Shown here: piece after piece, positions 58,101 through 60,367 of the stretch
Layout: every line of letters begins with the position of its first letter
How positions within the stretch are numbered: the first letter of the stretch is position 1
From: a virus
Taxonomy: Duplodnaviria; Caudoviricetes
Virus record (IMG/VR): IMGVR_UViG_3300011335_000506
Span: 1 to 60,367 of that record
DNA length: 60,367 nucleotides
Strand: one strand, 5' to 3'
Notes under the pieces: generated by a model
What the model was told of the DNA's origin: nothing
The model's input: only the letters and a program-made list of their open reading frames with translations
Database searches by the model: none
Translations under genes and position numbers: made by a program

Positions 58101-59162
58101 ATGGCAGTAGATTTTAATGGTGCCCTTACACTTGCAGACTACGCTGCGATTTCTAACGACCCACTTGTCAAAGAAATCACAAAGAGTCTGCACAAGACGT
58201 GGAATGCCGTCAAGGATATTCCTCTCTCAACCAACCCATCCCTTCGTCAGACGGGTATGCGCTTCACTAACGAGAATATTCCAACCCCAAACTGGACTCC
58301 TCTCAACACTGAACCACAGACCTTCAAGACAAAGCCTAAGTCCTACGAAGAGCAGCTTTACATTCTGCGTAACAAGATTACGATTGACCGTCGTATCCTT
58401 GAGCAGCCGAATGCTATTGTTGATCCAGTAGAGTCCCAGATCCAGATGTTCCTCGAAGGCTTTGCCTACGATTTTAACGACAAGCTGATCAATAATGATC
58501 CGACGTCGTCTGCAGCTGGTAACTCTCCTGACTGTTTCCCTGGCCTTTCTTATCGTCTTCAAAATAACGGCGATTATGACATCCCATCGGAAATGATCGT
58601 CACTTCGCAGGATGTCTCGGCAACTAACTTGTTCCGATCGTCTGCAAAGTCTGGAACCATTCCATTTGGCGTTCAAGCTGCAAACCGCTTGATTGCTGAC
58701 CTTCAGACGTTGTTTGACAACATGAATTCGCCAGATGGTGATGGTGTCGTTCTTTATTGTTCTGAACTTGCAAAGCGCCAGTTTGAAATGTCCATTCGTG
58801 TAATGGGCATCGGTGCTGGTTTTGACATCACTCAGGACAGTTACGATCGCCCAGTAGAGAAGTACAAGAACGCTACCGTTCGTACTGTCGGTCGTAAGTC
58901 GGATGGTGTAACACCAATCATCAGCAACGTTCAGACCCTTAGTGGTACAAACCTTGATGCTGCTAAGGCTACGTCCATTTTTGCTGTACGTTACGGCACT
59001 GGCTATGTCACTGGTTGGCAGTCTGAGCCATTCAAGCCTAAGAACCTTGGTCTGAGTCAGGAGAATGGCTTTATGCACAACATCCTGTTTGATTGGGGCG
59101 TTGGCTTGTGGATTCCTCATACTCGCGCCATTGGTCGCCTAAATATCCAGGTCACAGATTAG
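58101..59162 (+). CDS. Major capsid protein (HK97 fold)
   Basis: 353 aa. ALTL.DYA, IDR, F.GL..RL and TSIFAVRYG. Strong codon bias. Confidence 0.88.
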   Translation: MAVDFNGALTLADYAAISNDPLVKEITKSLHKTWNAVKDIPLSTNPSLRQTGMRFTNENIPTPNWTPLNTEPQTFKTKPKSYEEQLYILRNKITIDRRILEQPNAIVDPVESQIQMFLEGFAYDFNDKLINNDPTSSAAGNSPDCFPGLSYRLQNNGDYDIPSEMIVTSQDVSATNLFRSSAKSGTIPFGVQAANRLIADLQTLFDNMNSPDGDGVVLYCSELAKRQFEMSIRVMGIGAGFDITQDSYDRPVEKYKNATVRTVGRKSDGVTPIISNVQTLSGTNLDAAKATSIFAVRYGTGYVTGWQSEPFKPKNLGLSQENGFMHNILFDWGVGLWIPHTRAIGRLNIQVTD

Positions 59163-59171
59163 GAGTAAATT

Positions 59172-60056
59172 ATGGCAAGAGATTTTAAACTATCGAACTT
59201 CACGTTCACAACAGCAACTGCTGGCTCTTCTACACTTGCAGTAACACCGACATCTCCATCTGGTGATGTGGCAAACTCTGGTGCAACACTTGGGTTGTCT
59301 GTCACTGCAGGTTCATCTACTGGATCAGCGTCTGACACAAAGCAGGTCATGGGTTTCCGAAACAGTAAGATCGATACTGGTGGTTCCCTGGCAAACTTTT
59401 TGGCAGGTAACGAAATCAGTGCAATTACTAACGACCCAGCACTGCCAGGTAATACGTCATACGGTGAAATGTATATGTCGTTTAACCTGTCGTGGAATCT
59501 TAACGCAACAGCTGCAAACAACCTTCTTGAAAACGGTGGTTACTTTGTAGTTGAAGGTGCATACGACAATGGCTTTGGTTCGGTGGATTCATCGTCCTAT
59601 GCTCCAATTTCAGGGCCAGTACCACTTGTTGTTCCATCTGGAAACCTTGCTGCTGTTGCAGTAGCAAGCAATGTTGTAACTACTGTGAGTGCACACAGTT
59701 TGAAGCCTGGTGACGTCGTAGTATTCTACGTTGTTACTGGTTTCTCTACTGCACCTACAGCAAAACAACAGTACCAAGTACTTACAACACCTGCACCTAA
59801 TCAGTTTTCAATTGCTGTGACGGGTGGCACGAGTGCTGTAACTCTGGCTGGTACTCCAACAGCTGGAATTACTGTTTATCGTTGTATTGGTGCTGCACTT
59901 GGTGGTCATCGTGCTGCATGTCCAATTATCCCAAGTCGAAGACCATATATGCGTCTTGCGCTTAAGTATGTAACGGCAGCAACTACTGCTCCTGCAACAC
60001 TTAGCGTGTCACGTGTCGGATTGACGCTTGGTCGTGATAACGTCAACAACTACTAG
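59172..60056 (+). CDS. Capsid decoration/structural protein
   Basis: Follows the major capsid gene with AGGAG RBS. MARD.KL..., RPYMRL..., plus an inserted beta module. Confidence 0.65.
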   Translation: MARDFKLSNFTFTTATAGSSTLAVTPTSPSGDVANSGATLGLSVTAGSSTGSASDTKQVMGFRNSKIDTGGSLANFLAGNEISAITNDPALPGNTSYGEMYMSFNLSWNLNATAANNLLENGGYFVVEGAYDNGFGSVDSSSYAPISGPVPLVVPSGNLAAVAVASNVVTTVSAHSLKPGDVVVFYVVTGFSTAPTAKQQYQVLTTPAPNQFSIAVTGGTSAVTLAGTPTAGITVYRCIGAALGGHRAACPIIPSRRPYMRLALKYVTAATTAPATLSVSRVGLTLGRDNVNNY

Positions 60057-60065
60057 GTACCCACA

Positions 60066-60338
60066 ATGACACGATCTGAGATCAAACGGCAAGTAAGGCT
60101 TCTAGGGCAGCATTACTTTAATTCTGCTCTAGACCTTGATCCGTTTGGTCTCGATCTGTTAGTGAACGAGACGGCCAACGATATAGCCAGGAAAACTGAC
60201 TGTTTCATTGGTCGTCGGTATTTGGATATAGTTGCAGATACTGAAGAGTATTGTGCAAGTGATCTATACAGAGTAAAGAACATCTTCGTAACCGACACGC
60301 TTGGCGACTACAGACGCCTGATGCTAGTCGAGCGGTAG
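60066..60338 (+). CDS. Head-tail adaptor-like protein, 5' part (continues at position 1)
   Basis: MTRSEIKRQVRLL... The stop at 60336 lies in the mismatched contig end; copy 1 reads TGG TAC there. Confidence 0.65.
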   Translation: MTRSEIKRQVRLLGQHYFNSALDLDPFGLDLLVNETANDIARKTDCFIGRRYLDIVADTEEYCASDLYRVKNIFVTDTLGDYRRLMLVER

Positions 60339-60367
60339 GAAGGTTATAACGAACGATATAGACGAGA
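60164..60367. repeat. Terminal direct repeat, copy 2
   Basis: Matches 1-204. Confidence 0.95.

Noticed and set aside
58227-59120. 297-aa antisense ORF
   Set aside because: Shadow of the codon-biased major capsid gene with no recognisable motifs.
60300-60367. Premature stop and variants in the terminal repeat as real diversification (for example DGR)
   Set aside because: Mismatches cluster at the contig extremities, as expected for read-end errors. No reverse transcriptase is present.
1-60367. Stop-codon reassignment
   Set aside because: Genes are intact and densely packed under the standard code, TAG and TGA end genes normally, and there is no suppressor tRNA.

Overview
The window is a complete, circularly closed dsDNA phage genome of about 60,163 bp. 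Bases 1-204 repeat at 60164-60367 as an assembly overlap. The virion is podovirus-like: terminase, portal, scaffold, major capsid, adaptors, a nozzle, fibre-like proteins and three ejection-type proteins, with no tape measure or sheath. Replication is lambdoid (initiator with internal iterons, loader, DnaB), with Gam, a Sak/Rad52-like annealer, VRR-NUC, SSB, dUTPase, a CHAP lysin and tRNA-Asn(GTT). I found no integrase or DNA polymerase. Two observations stand out and may form one system. (1) The 4388-aa virion protein (15121-28287) carries, in the correct order, segments resembling sigma70 regions 2, 3.0, 3.2, 4.1 and 4.2. It also has an HExxH peptidase motif, an ART-like domain and four copies of an A[DE]Px[FY]MN[KR] linker. 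(2) The 38.2-43.8 kb region is an array of 7 clear plus 1 degenerate terminator-promoter-gene cassettes. Their intergenic element is rigidly spaced and non-sigma70 (minus strand TATGG-N17-CCTATATA plus about 70 bp of upstream boxes). Hypothesis (inference only): a virion-injected, possibly proteolytically released sigma-like factor drives these early cassettes. All protein assignments come from motif recognition by eye; no database search was run.
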